From: Nitrosopumilaceae archaeon
GTDB lineage: Archaea; Thermoproteota; Nitrososphaeria; Nitrososphaerales; Nitrosopumilaceae
Assembly (NCBI GenBank): GCA_965200155.1
Contig: CBDATR010000046.1
Span: 1 to 14,076, forward strand
Length of the DNA: 14,076 nt
Direction: 5' to 3'
Shown here: piece after piece, positions 1 to 8,786 of the stretch
Position numbering within the stretch: the stretch's first letter is position 1
How the letters are laid out: each line of letters starts with the position of its first letter
The notes under the pieces: generated by a model
The model's database searches: none
Seen by the model: only the letters and a program-made list of their open reading frames with translations
What the model was told of the DNA's origin: nothing
Made by a program: the position numbers and the translations under genes

Positions 1-1
1 T

Positions 2-2746
2 TGTACAAAGTCCCTACAAAGGGGAGTGGTTCCAGATGCCGCGATCATATCACGTATAGTATCCAGCATGGCAGCAGCGGCGCCCGTCCTGTTGGTGATA
101 GACGAGTTCGGCAAGAATGTTGAGTATTTTGCTAATGGTGGCAGTGATGGAGATTTGTTTCTGTTGCAGGAACTAGCGGAGATGACCGGTACGCGCGCCG
201 TGCGCCTACACATAGTGACCATGCAACATATGGCACTTGGCGAGTATATGGCAGGATCCTCGGCCACACGTATCAAAGAGTGGGCCAAAATACAGGGTCG
301 TTTCGATAGTATTCATTTTACCAACACACTGGAACATACAAGGGCGCTTCTCTCCTCATTCCTGAAGCACGGCATCAAACAATCCAGTCACATATTAGAG
401 TGGGCCGATGGGCATGCCAAGATGATTGCCGAAGAGGCAGGCATGGGCATACCAACCAATATTGCAGCATCTTGCTATCCGCTTCATCCCTTGGCTGTTG
501 AGGCACTACCGGAATTGTGTTCTAGATATGGCCAGAATGACCGCACGCTACTTTCTTTTGTGTTTGGAAGTGGACCGGGTACTGTCGCAAGGTTTGTCGA
601 GAATACGCGGTGGGATGGGCAGGGTGCTCTGCCGACCATAGGAGCAGACCAACTGTATGATTATTTCATATCTGGATCTGCTCCTGCCGGGGCAGCGGCC
701 TCATCATCCAGACTAATTGAGATTGACACGATAGTGCGTGACACGCGCGCTTCAGATAAGACGGAGATGAGTGTCCTCAAGGCCATAGGCCTGATGAATC
801 TTATAGGCCGCTCCGGTCGTCTACGCGCCTCCATGGGAATTATACGGTGCATGGTGGGACATGGGGCTGAGCAGGCCGTCAGGAGTTTGGAATCCAGATC
901 CATCATAACCTACAGGGTGCACGCCGACGAGTATCGCATATGGCATGGAACAGATGTGAATGTAGCGGCCAAGGTGGACGCCGTGAGGAATATGATAAAG
1001 AGCAGGCCCTTCCCGGACTTGATGAAGACGACAATGGATCCTGAACCCATCATAGCTGCTAGGCATAGTCTAGAAGCCGGTACACTACGGGTGTTTGCAT
1101 CTCTCTTTGAAATGCCAGATGGTGGGATAGGCCCCGAGTATGATGGCGCGGCGATATATGGTACTAACGATACAAGGGTGCCAGCATCTGACAAACCGGT
1201 GCTGGTATCAAGATGCAAGGATGTCTCAGACTTGGTGGATGCTGCTGCCGATGTTACTGCGTTGCGCACCGCCCTGTCAGACAGCGAGGTTGCCAATGAC
1301 TGGGTGGCCAAGACGGAAGTAGGTGAAAGGCTGGCCGTCGCCAAGAATGTGCTTAAGACCAAGTTTGCCAAGGCTTATGGCTTTGGTGCCACCTGGACAT
1401 ATGAGGTTGGCGGTGAGGAACATACAGTCAGCGGTACGGCAAGCTCTGCCGCCTCCGCGATCAGTGATATTGTGTACCATGACGCCCCCACCATATACAA
1501 TGAGATGATAAACCGTAACCGTCTGACTGCCCAAGGATCCACAGCACTCAACAAATTGATGCATGCAATGATCATAAATGAGGGGGATGAACGATTGGGG
1601 TTGGAAGGCTGGAAGCCAGAGCGTGCCATATACGAGGCAATCATGAGGGAGCACAGCATCCATAAGCAAAGTGAGGATAGATTCCGCTTTTTGCAGCCCA
1701 CCGGCAAGCTCAAACGTTCATGGAGTGTGGCTCTACGCAAGATCCGTAAATCCCGCACGACGGTAACCCTGACAGAGATATATGATATTTGGAAGATGCC
1801 CCCATACGGCATCAAGAATGGCATAATGCCAATACTCGCACTCCATATCCTACTGGCCAGACGCGGAACCGTGGCCGTGTATGAGCATGGCACATACATA
1901 CCGCGCTTCAACTCCAGTATGGCTGAGCGGCTGGTAAAGAATCCAGCACACTTTTCACTCAAATACCATCACATGCCTAAACACCGCGTCACGCTAATCC
2001 AAAGTGTAGCAGAGTCTTTGGGAACAGATCCTGAAAACGGTCTGCTTGGAATAGTAGGCCACGTGGTCAGTGTGGTGCGTGCATTGCCCAACTACACCAA
2101 AAAGACCAAGAACCTTGACAAAAAGACGCTGGCAGTCAGGAACATGATACAGAGTGCCGTGGAGCCAGATACGCTGCTCTTTGAGTCACTCCCGGATGCT
2201 TTGGGCATGGACCCGCTTGGACACGATACAAACGAACGCATAACAAGGAAATTTGCCAGGAACCTTACGCGCACCATCGGTAAGATGCAGTCAGCATTTG
2301 ATTCAATGTTGACGCGCATGATTGAAATGCTGCTCAGGGAGACCAACATGCCTGACAGGGCCTCTTTGTCCAAGACGGCGTCCAAGATTCTACAGGATGC
2401 CTCAGACCAGCGGATGAGTGTATTTCTTGGTGCTGCCTCGGCGGAAATACCCGATGACAAGGCATGGATAACCTATGTGGGGCTTGCATTAACAGATGCC
2501 CCGCCTGCGGATTGGAGTGATGAGCAAGAAAAGACGTTCACAAATGCCCTTAGAAACATCATACCGGTTTTCAGGCGATTGGTGGCGCTACGGTTTGGAA
2601 CAGTTTCAAACAACTTTGAGAGGCAGTCGGTCATGGTTACGATAACCCATCCAGACGGGAGGGAAGAGCAAGCCATACTGCCGGCCGATGACAAAAGGGT
2701 GGCAGAGCTAACTGACTTATACAGGGCAGATACACCATGCGTATGA
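2..2746 (+). CDS. sspC: SspC-like (BrxC-related) large P-loop ATPase of an Ssp-type phosphorothioation module; 5'-partial
   Basis: The frame is open from position 2 (no stop before the GTG at 26), so the gene starts upstream of the window. Walker B LLVIDEFGK, EWAKIQGRF, CYPLHP and QNDRTLLSF motifs are typical of the ATPase found with DUF4007/PAPS reductase. Walker A is not in the window. The stop overlaps the PAPS reductase start. Confidence 0.75.
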   Translation, partial: CTKSLQRGVVPDAAIISRIVSSMAAAAPVLLVIDEFGKNVEYFANGGSDGDLFLLQELAEMTGTRAVRLHIVTMQHMALGEYMAGSSATRIKEWAKIQGRFDSIHFTNTLEHTRALLSSFLKHGIKQSSHILEWADGHAKMIAEEAGMGIPTNIAASCYPLHPLAVEALPELCSRYGQNDRTLLSFVFGSGPGTVARFVENTRWDGQGALPTIGADQLYDYFISGSAPAGAAASSSRLIEIDTIVRDTRASDKTEMSVLKAIGLMNLIGRSGRLRASMGIIRCMVGHGAEQAVRSLESRSIITYRVHADEYRIWHGTDVNVAAKVDAVRNMIKSRPFPDLMKTTMDPEPIIAARHSLEAGTLRVFASLFEMPDGGIGPEYDGAAIYGTNDTRVPASDKPVLVSRCKDVSDLVDAAADVTALRTALSDSEVANDWVAKTEVGERLAVAKNVLKTKFAKAYGFGATWTYEVGGEEHTVSGTASSAASAISDIVYHDAPTIYNEMINRNRLTAQGSTALNKLMHAMIINEGDERLGLEGWKPERAIYEAIMREHSIHKQSEDRFRFLQPTGKLKRSWSVALRKIRKSRTTVTLTEIYDIWKMPPYGIKNGIMPILALHILLARRGTVAVYEHGTYIPRFNSSMAERLVKNPAHFSLKYHHMPKHRVTLIQSVAESLGTDPENGLLGIVGHVVSVVRALPNYTKKTKNLDKKTLAVRNMIQSAVEPDTLLFESLPDALGMDPLGHDTNERITRKFARNLTRTIGKMQSAFDSMLTRMIEMLLRETNMPDRASLSKTASKILQDASDQRMSVFLGAASAEIPDDKAWITYVGLALTDAPPADWSDEQEKTFTNALRNIIPVFRRLVALRFGTVSNNFERQSVMVTITHPDGREEQAILPADDKRVAELTDLYRADTPCV

Positions 2747-3579
2747 GGCACATCTGCGGCATATCCGGTGGAAAAGACTCTAGCGCCCTCGCCATATACA
2801 TGCGTGACCAAGTACCAGACATGGAATACTTTTTTTGCGACACTGGTGCCGAGCTGCCTGAAACATACAAGTATCTGTCAAAACTAGAGGTGGCATTGGG
2901 CAAGCCCATAGCGCGCCTTAATTCAGATCGTGACTTTGCCCACTATTTTGAGATATTCCGTGGAACGCTGCCGTCACCTCAGATGAGATGGTGCACCAGC
3001 CTACTGAAGATAAAGCCGCTGGAGGAGTGGATAGGGAACGACGATACCATATCGTATGTGGCCATACGTGCAGATGAGTCCAATCGCAAGGGATACGTAT
3101 CCACCAAGCCAAACATACAGACACGTTTTCCATTCGTTGAGGATAACGTAGATCACGACGGCGTCATACAAATACTGGAGGATGCAGGGATAAGCCTGCC
3201 CGAATACTACGAGTGGCGAACCAGATCGGGATGCTACTTTTGCTTTTTCCAGAGAAAGGCCGAATGGGTTGGACTGGCGGACAAACACCCGGATCTGTTC
3301 CAAAAGGCGATCGCCATTGAACAAAAGACACTCAAGGATGCTGGGTTGGATGGCGATGTATCGTTTGCAGCCAGTGGCATGAAAGGCAGGCAGTACACTT
3401 GGTCTGATGGTGAAACATTAACCGAACTGCTTGGGCGCCGTGATGACATAATGAAACGTCATGCCCAGAATGTTGAACGTATCAAGAAGAGACGCAAGAA
3501 TCTACCACTTATTGATGTGTTGTCCGATGCACTTGACGAGGATGATGAGACGACACCGTGTACCGTCTGCCACCTGTGA
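2737..3579 (+). CDS. sspD: SspD-like phosphoadenosine phosphosulfate reductase family (PP-loop, Fe-S) protein
   Basis: PP-loop GISGGKDSSAL, RWCTSLLKI, RSGCYFCFFQ and a C-terminal CTVCHL; 280 aa, shorter than DndC. Alternative start ATG 2743 gives an ATGA overlap with the upstream stop. Confidence 0.8.
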   Translation: MRMRHICGISGGKDSSALAIYMRDQVPDMEYFFCDTGAELPETYKYLSKLEVALGKPIARLNSDRDFAHYFEIFRGTLPSPQMRWCTSLLKIKPLEEWIGNDDTISYVAIRADESNRKGYVSTKPNIQTRFPFVEDNVDHDGVIQILEDAGISLPEYYEWRTRSGCYFCFFQRKAEWVGLADKHPDLFQKAIAIEQKTLKDAGLDGDVSFAASGMKGRQYTWSDGETLTELLGRRDDIMKRHAQNVERIKKRRKNLPLIDVLSDALDEDDETTPCTVCHL

Positions 3580-3591
3580 GGTTGAAGTTGT

Positions 3592-5694
3592 CTGACTGAA
3601 CACGGTTTTGAGCCAAAGCCTGGATGGAACTCTGCCACAGACAACATAGTAGATGATTTTTACCGTCCCGCCCTCAAGGGGAGTGTCAAATATGATCGAC
3701 TTGCAGGATTTTTCGATTCGAACACTTTTGCTGCGGTGCTTCGGGAGGCCATAGATTTTGCAGAGCGCGGGGGCAGGATGCGACTTATAACAAGTGCAAA
3801 GTTCTCACAAGCCGACCTTGATGTGATCCGAAAAAGCATGGATGACCGACTGCTTGAGGATGTGTCAGCCATAATGAAGGATGACATTGGCAAAAAATGC
3901 ATCAGATTGTTTGCACACATGCTGGCAAAAAAAATCGATACCAAGCCACAGCTTGATATTCGGATATGGATACCGCGAGACGGCATTTTCCACGCCAAAG
4001 TTGGAGTATTCACCATGCATAACGGCGATGTTGTCTCGTTTTCCGGCTCCGTTAATGAGACGGGGCAGGGATGGACTGGAAACATAGAAGAGTTCAAGGT
4101 GTTTTGTAGTTGGATTGACAAAAAGTTTGTCGATTGGGATATTGATCTCTTCAATAAGTTTTGGGGTGGGCTCAATACAGACATACGGTGTTTTACCCTG
4201 CCTCAGGCGGTACGTGAAAAGATACTAAGTGTCAGACCTGAATCGGATATGGAATACCGACAACTAGTAAAAGAGTTGAAGGTTATGTTTAGAGGTCATG
4301 ATCGCGTGGAACACACCAAACTAGAACTGCGTGACTACCAAAAGGATGCAATAGAGGCATGGTTCTCGAGCAGGTGCAATGGCATACTTGAAATGCCTAC
4401 GGCAACCGGCAAGACATTCACTGCCATGGGTTGCATCAACCGCATGCAGGGTGATGTGGAGCGCCTGTTTACCGTGATAGCCGTGCCATATACCCACCTT
4501 ATCCAGCAGTGGAAAGACAATGTGAACAAATGGAACCAGCTGGCAAAACCAGATCAAAAAATATCTTCCAACATATTTGTCACATCAGGAACCCCATCAT
4601 GGAAGTCTAAACTAAAGCGGGTAGTGAATGAGTTTAACATGACAAAGTTGGGTGGGGAATATATCACCAACGACTACATAGTATGTACTACATACGATAC
4701 ACTGGCCTCAAAACCATTCATTGAACGGATTCAAGAGGTCAAAGGCAGCATGCTTTTGATAGCGGATGAGGCACACCACGCGGGCTCCAAAAAAAGAAGG
4801 AACGGCCTGCTGGATGTGTATTCTGGCCGTCTTGCACTCACGGCCACACCGGAGCGGTACTTTGATGATGAGGGAAGCGAGCTGATTCGCTCATATTTTG
4901 TTCACACCGCCTTTTCTATGGGAATAAAAGACGCCATTCGTGACGGATACCTTGTACCGTACGACTATAAGCCAAGGTTGGTTGAATTGAACGCAGAAGA
5001 GGTAGTTGAGTACACAAAACTGACGCGTGCCATAGCCGTAAAAATGTTAAAGAACAAGGGAAAAGTGTCTCAAGATGACGAAAAAAACACGCCAGAGAAC
5101 AAGCGCGCAAGGCTTGTGGCAAAAATGGAAGGGAAGTATAATGAACTTTCCACCATTCTTGATGAGCATGGCAATGAATTGGAGAACGCCCTAATCTACT
5201 GCCACGACACCGAGCAGATGGAAAAAGTCGAGTCGATACTTTCGGAGCGGAACATCAACTTTGAAGAGATTACCAGTGCCGACAACATGATTGAGCGACG
5301 AAACACAATACGCAGTCTTGAAGAAAAAAATCACCAATGTATAGTGTCAATGAAATGCCTTGATGAGGGAGTGGACATACCATCTGCGCGCCTTGGCATT
5401 ATACTTGCCAGCTCACGCAACACCCGTCAGTATATACAGAGGCGCGGACGCCTCCTGCGTGGTTTTGACGGCAAAGATCATGCGGAAATATACGACTTGC
5501 TGGCAACGGCGGTGCCAGAGGTTGACTGTGAACCATTTGTCAGAAAACTGTTTGCCAGGGAGCTTTTGAGGCATAAGGAATTCGCCGAGGAGGCCCGCAA
5601 CCGGCAGGAGGCACTTGAAAAGATTCGCCCGGTCGCAGAACGACACGGTGTAGATTTGGACAGGCTTAACCACGACTACATCTTGAACTTATGA
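3592..5694 (+). CDS. pbeA: PbeA-like phospholipase-D-fold nuclease + SF2 DEAH helicase; start uncertain
   Basis: PLD motif FHAKVG...FSGSVNET. Helicase motifs LRDYQ, MPTATGKT, DEAHH, LTATP, CLDEGVDIP, QYIQRRGRLLR. The family-typical N-terminus (NIVDDFYRPAL...YDRLAGFFDS) is encoded in frame at about 3643-3720, upstream of the track's GTG 3736. The frame is open from 3586; CTG 3592 is taken as a provisional start. Confidence 0.75.
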   Translation: MTEHGFEPKPGWNSATDNIVDDFYRPALKGSVKYDRLAGFFDSNTFAAVLREAIDFAERGGRMRLITSAKFSQADLDVIRKSMDDRLLEDVSAIMKDDIGKKCIRLFAHMLAKKIDTKPQLDIRIWIPRDGIFHAKVGVFTMHNGDVVSFSGSVNETGQGWTGNIEEFKVFCSWIDKKFVDWDIDLFNKFWGGLNTDIRCFTLPQAVREKILSVRPESDMEYRQLVKELKVMFRGHDRVEHTKLELRDYQKDAIEAWFSSRCNGILEMPTATGKTFTAMGCINRMQGDVERLFTVIAVPYTHLIQQWKDNVNKWNQLAKPDQKISSNIFVTSGTPSWKSKLKRVVNEFNMTKLGGEYITNDYIVCTTYDTLASKPFIERIQEVKGSMLLIADEAHHAGSKKRRNGLLDVYSGRLALTATPERYFDDEGSELIRSYFVHTAFSMGIKDAIRDGYLVPYDYKPRLVELNAEEVVEYTKLTRAIAVKMLKNKGKVSQDDEKNTPENKRARLVAKMEGKYNELSTILDEHGNELENALIYCHDTEQMEKVESILSERNINFEEITSADNMIERRNTIRSLEEKNHQCIVSMKCLDEGVDIPSARLGIILASSRNTRQYIQRRGRLLRGFDGKDHAEIYDLLATAVPEVDCEPFVRKLFARELLRHKEFAEEARNRQEALEKIRPVAERHGVDLDRLNHDYILNL

Positions 5695-6099
5695 CTGGAT
5701 AAGTTTCAGTAATATGTCATCGGGGTAGTTTCCACCCTTCATCATCTTAACCTTGCTGTGCAACTCATCAATGCCAGCATTGGCATATCCTTCACACATG
5801 TGGCGCAGTTTAGTATTATCCCTTATAGCATAAACATCACTGTCTTCATCAATCATAATCGAGCGCATGAGTATCCTCATCCTCGTGTTGAATGCGGATC
5901 CGGGCAATTTAGTTTGCTTTCCAAGTTTCTTTGGGGTAATCTGGTGTCTTTTAGCATAGGCCATTGCAAAAAGAAACACCTCGGCGCGCGTTCGCTTGTA
6001 GAACGGAGAATATGGATCATCCTCAAGTTCAGTGTACTTCTCAGCTTTTGTTCCATCATACATTATCTCCGAAAGCTTAATGTCAAGGTCGTCTGTCAT
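5689..6099 (-). CDS. Small DndE/PbeB-like phosphorothioation-associated protein
   Basis: 136 aa from ATG 6099 (ATGA overlap with the ATPase stop at 6096). RAEVFLFAMAYA and CEGYANAGIDEL segments resemble the small partner of DndD-like ATPases. Its stop overlaps the helicase stop convergently (5689-5694). Confidence 0.6.
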   Translation of the reverse strand: MTDDLDIKLSEIMYDGTKAEKYTELEDDPYSPFYKRTRAEVFLFAMAYAKRHQITPKKLGKQTKLPGSAFNTRMRILMRSIMIDEDSDVYAIRDNTKLRHMCEGYANAGIDELHSKVKMMKGGNYPDDILLKLIQS

Positions 6100-8240
6100 T
6101 GCTGTGTTACCCAACCTTCTAATATTTTGGTTTTCCCACTTTCCTTGTCATGTTGCACCGTATATTCCTGTATGGTGGCTTTTTCCTTCAAAAGATCTAT
6201 CAATGATGACTCCTTACCACCATCCTCCGGACGTAGCGGATCATGGCTGTACTCGGTGTTGGTCACAAGCATGATCAGTTGAGAGCCGTCTAATAACTCG
6301 GGCATATGTTTTCCAAAACGAATCCTTAGGTTACCACCGGTCTTTCCAAGTGGGCTGTCTATGACAAACGGAAATTTGTACTTGGTGACGCGCTTCAGCG
6401 CCATAATAAACGACAGGGCCAAAAACAGCTTTTCGCCAGCTGACATGCCTCCTACCACATCTAGCCCCTCATCGTCAATGACTCGTATGTGGTACTTGTC
6501 GTCGATCCTCATGTCGGTGTAGTTTTTCTTCCAACTCAGATTGTTGTATATCTCAAGTGTTTCTTTTGAGACATCGTTCTTGATAAACTCTTCAACAGTA
6601 TTTTTTATATTGCGTATGTTATCTTTTATGACATCTGATTTATCAAGTAACAGATCCGCTTTCCTTTCAACCTCTGACCGGTTTTTTATTGCATTAAGTG
6701 CGCGCTGCTGGTTGCCTTTTTCTTGTTTCAATCTTTCTATTTCGCTTTTTACACGTCCAATTTCCTGTTGGCAATTGTTATGATCCTGTCTCAAATCATC
6801 ACACTTGCTTATGAGGCCGCCATAATCTGTGTCTGTCTTACCTACTTGGTTCTTGAGTGTACTTATGGTATCTTCAATTTTCTTCAAAGATTTACGTATA
6901 TAATTTATATCGCTCTTTTCCTCATTTATTCGCTTTACCGTTATGTTATATTCTTTGAGAAACGACTCATTGTGTTGTAAAATATCATTCGCTAGGTCAT
7001 ATTGAGATTCATCAACAACCCGATCCAACTCCTCTTTTACAAACTTTCTGGCATCCGTTCCTTCATCTAATCGTGTGTGGCACAAGCACTCACGTTTATC
7101 TAGCAGCTCGTTGACAAGTGTACGTTTTGGGTTGTTGGGGAGTTTTCCTTTTCTCACCTCTGTGCGTATCAATTTAGCGGCACACTCAATTGATGGTTTG
7201 CACATTATAAACGGCCCATCAGTCATCAACCTCTCCAAGTGTGTATTAAGTAGTTCATCACGCCGCTCTGTCGTGTTCGTTCTTTCTTCACGTTTATTAC
7301 GGTAGTCCTGCTCCAATTGTGTTTTTTTGTATGCGTTCGACTCATTGATTTTCCGCTCTAAATCGTTGATATCATCTTGCATTACAAGGGCCGACTTATT
7401 CAAGTCTTCCAAGCGGGGTTCGCCACTTACATGTATTGGGTTATCGGTTCCATGAATAAATTCGGTTGAACTAGTTTCTACGGCTCCGTGACGATTCTCG
7501 GAGCGGAGTTTCTGCTCTATTTCCGTTATCTTTGCATGGATGGGTTTTGTGTTCCCGATGCCTTTGGGTCGTTGGAAACGGACTTTTGTCACAAAATCTA
7601 AGGCATCATCTAGAATAGGTATCTGGGAGATCTGGCCTATGCCTGATTTAACATCCTCAAACTTATCAAACAGTTTCTGCAAGAATTCCCCATCTAGTAT
7701 GAAGAAATGCGACAGGTGTTCTGGGATTATGCGCTCATTCACCAAGGTGGCAAAATGATTACGATCATCATTGAGTGTTTCCCAACGCCTAGAATTTTGC
7801 GATATTTGAAATAGTGTTGACTTGTCTCTATTAATGATCTCCACGCCGCGTGGAACAGGATCAGCAGCGAATAAAATCAGTGTGCCGTGGTCTGTACGCT
7901 CAAGACGGTGTAATTGTCCCTCTATCTTACGTCGTATGAGATATTTTGTGTCCCCCTCATGCATTATGATTTGTACATATGTGTCAACCTTTCTAACATC
8001 CTGACTTTTCTCTACCTCATACAGATGTGACATGTTGATTATTGGTGTGGCACTTTCATGAGGTTCGTTCCCAAACAGGCACCAATGAATAGCATTCCAA
8101 AAATTTGACTTGCCAGCCCCATTCGCCCCGATCAAAACGGCGAGCGTGTTTTCATCGGTAGGAAATTTAACATCTACAGTACCGTAATATTGTCGATAGT
8201 TATGTAATTTGATCTCTAATATTCGGAAATCGTCATCCAT
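6096..8240 (-). CDS. pbeC: PbeC/DndD-like SMC/Rad50-type coiled-coil ATPase with CxC hook
   Basis: N-terminal IKLHNYRQYYG, Walker A GANGAGKS, FFILDGE, long coiled coils with central ECLCHT (CxC), signature MSAGE, Walker B FVIDSPLGK. Start ATG 8240 (alternative TTG 8246). Confidence 0.75.
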   Translation of the reverse strand: MDDDFRILEIKLHNYRQYYGTVDVKFPTDENTLAVLIGANGAGKSNFWNAIHWCLFGNEPHESATPIINMSHLYEVEKSQDVRKVDTYVQIIMHEGDTKYLIRRKIEGQLHRLERTDHGTLILFAADPVPRGVEIINRDKSTLFQISQNSRRWETLNDDRNHFATLVNERIIPEHLSHFFILDGEFLQKLFDKFEDVKSGIGQISQIPILDDALDFVTKVRFQRPKGIGNTKPIHAKITEIEQKLRSENRHGAVETSSTEFIHGTDNPIHVSGEPRLEDLNKSALVMQDDINDLERKINESNAYKKTQLEQDYRNKREERTNTTERRDELLNTHLERLMTDGPFIMCKPSIECAAKLIRTEVRKGKLPNNPKRTLVNELLDKRECLCHTRLDEGTDARKFVKEELDRVVDESQYDLANDILQHNESFLKEYNITVKRINEEKSDINYIRKSLKKIEDTISTLKNQVGKTDTDYGGLISKCDDLRQDHNNCQQEIGRVKSEIERLKQEKGNQQRALNAIKNRSEVERKADLLLDKSDVIKDNIRNIKNTVEEFIKNDVSKETLEIYNNLSWKKNYTDMRIDDKYHIRVIDDEGLDVVGGMSAGEKLFLALSFIMALKRVTKYKFPFVIDSPLGKTGGNLRIRFGKHMPELLDGSQLIMLVTNTEYSHDPLRPEDGGKESSLIDLLKEKATIQEYTVQHDKESGKTKILEGWVTQQ

Positions 8241-8436
8241 TTCCAACTTCCTTAAAATTATGCAATATCAGCTCCTTGTAACGCGCTTTGAATAACTTCT
8301 CATCTAGTTTCCCATCCCGCTGGCGCATTTGGATTACCTCACGCAACATATCTACAATGACACGAGCAACCCGTTCATCTTCACACTTCTCATGTATGGT
8401 TTTGAGTATTAGTGGATTGATGTCGGTACTATGCAC
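8233..8436 (-). CDS. Small helical protein heading the CxC-ATPase operon (PbeD-like)
   Basis: 67 aa ORF (GTG start) overlapping the ATPase start, with a TATA box ~25 nt upstream. Size and position match the small proteins that accompany DndD-like ATPases. Confidence 0.55.
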   Translation of the reverse strand: MHSTDINPLILKTIHEKCEDERVARVIVDMLREVIQMRQRDGKLDEKLFKARYKELILHNFKEVGNG

Positions 8437-8456
8437 TCATAGGCTAATTCATTGGG

Positions 8457-8466
8457 GTTTATAAAC
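8457..8466 (-). promoter_or_regulatory. Archaeal TATA box (TTTATAAA) of the minus-strand small-protein/ATPase/DndE-like operon
   Basis: Palindromic GTTTATAAAC centred ~25 nt upstream of GTG 8436, the spacing expected for a leaderless archaeal transcript. Confidence 0.65.
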
Positions 8467-8565
8467 ATATGAGTTCACGTCTTCCGGAATCTTATGCACA
8501 AATCACATTAACTGGTAACCGGTTCTATCAGTTATGCGTAAATTTAGACACAGGTGAACTCATAC
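8467..8565. mobile_element. MITE copy A (99 bp), IS66-like TIRs, inverted relative to copies B and C
   Basis: aTATGAGTTCAC...GTGAACTCATAC. Its reverse complement matches copy C except for the terminal base and a 12-bp centre (AGAACCGGTTAC) in place of CGCGA. No flanking direct repeat (TTATAAAC vs CAAATCTT). Confidence 0.85.
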
Positions 8566-8722
8566 CAAATCTTTCTCTTCATTGATCTTGGTGTTTCTTT
8601 CGTATTCAGCCATGACCTTGGCTAACTTGTCCCGTAGAATCTCAACCTCGGGGTCTTCCATATGTCGTGTATTGGACTAATCAGAATATATGGTTAAGTC
8701 ATGGTGAGACCTAAACGGTTAC
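8566..8722 (-). mobile_element. Probable left-end remnant of a second IS66-type element with a truncated coiled-coil ORF
   Basis: The minus strand begins GTAACCGTTTAG at 8722 (IS66-like GTAnnnGTTYA end). A TATA-like CATATATT follows, then ATG 8661 encoding MEDPEVEILRDKLAKVMAEYERNTKINEEKDL, which stops inside the MITE TIR (8560). Confidence 0.5.
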
Positions 8723-8786
8723 GTATGGACAATCATAATTCCAGCAAGCACATTAATGTGGGTATCAAAATTCAAAATGTACCATC

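Noticed and set aside
3577-3585. In-frame TGA-GGT-TGA between sspD and the helicase as selenocysteine or read-through fusion
   Set aside because: SspD ends at a natural-looking CxxCHL terminus, two read-throughs would be needed, and I see no SECIS evidence.
426-7760. Many 60-195 aa alternative-frame and antisense ORFs in the track
   Set aside because: They are shadows of long motif-bearing genes and have no recognisable motifs.
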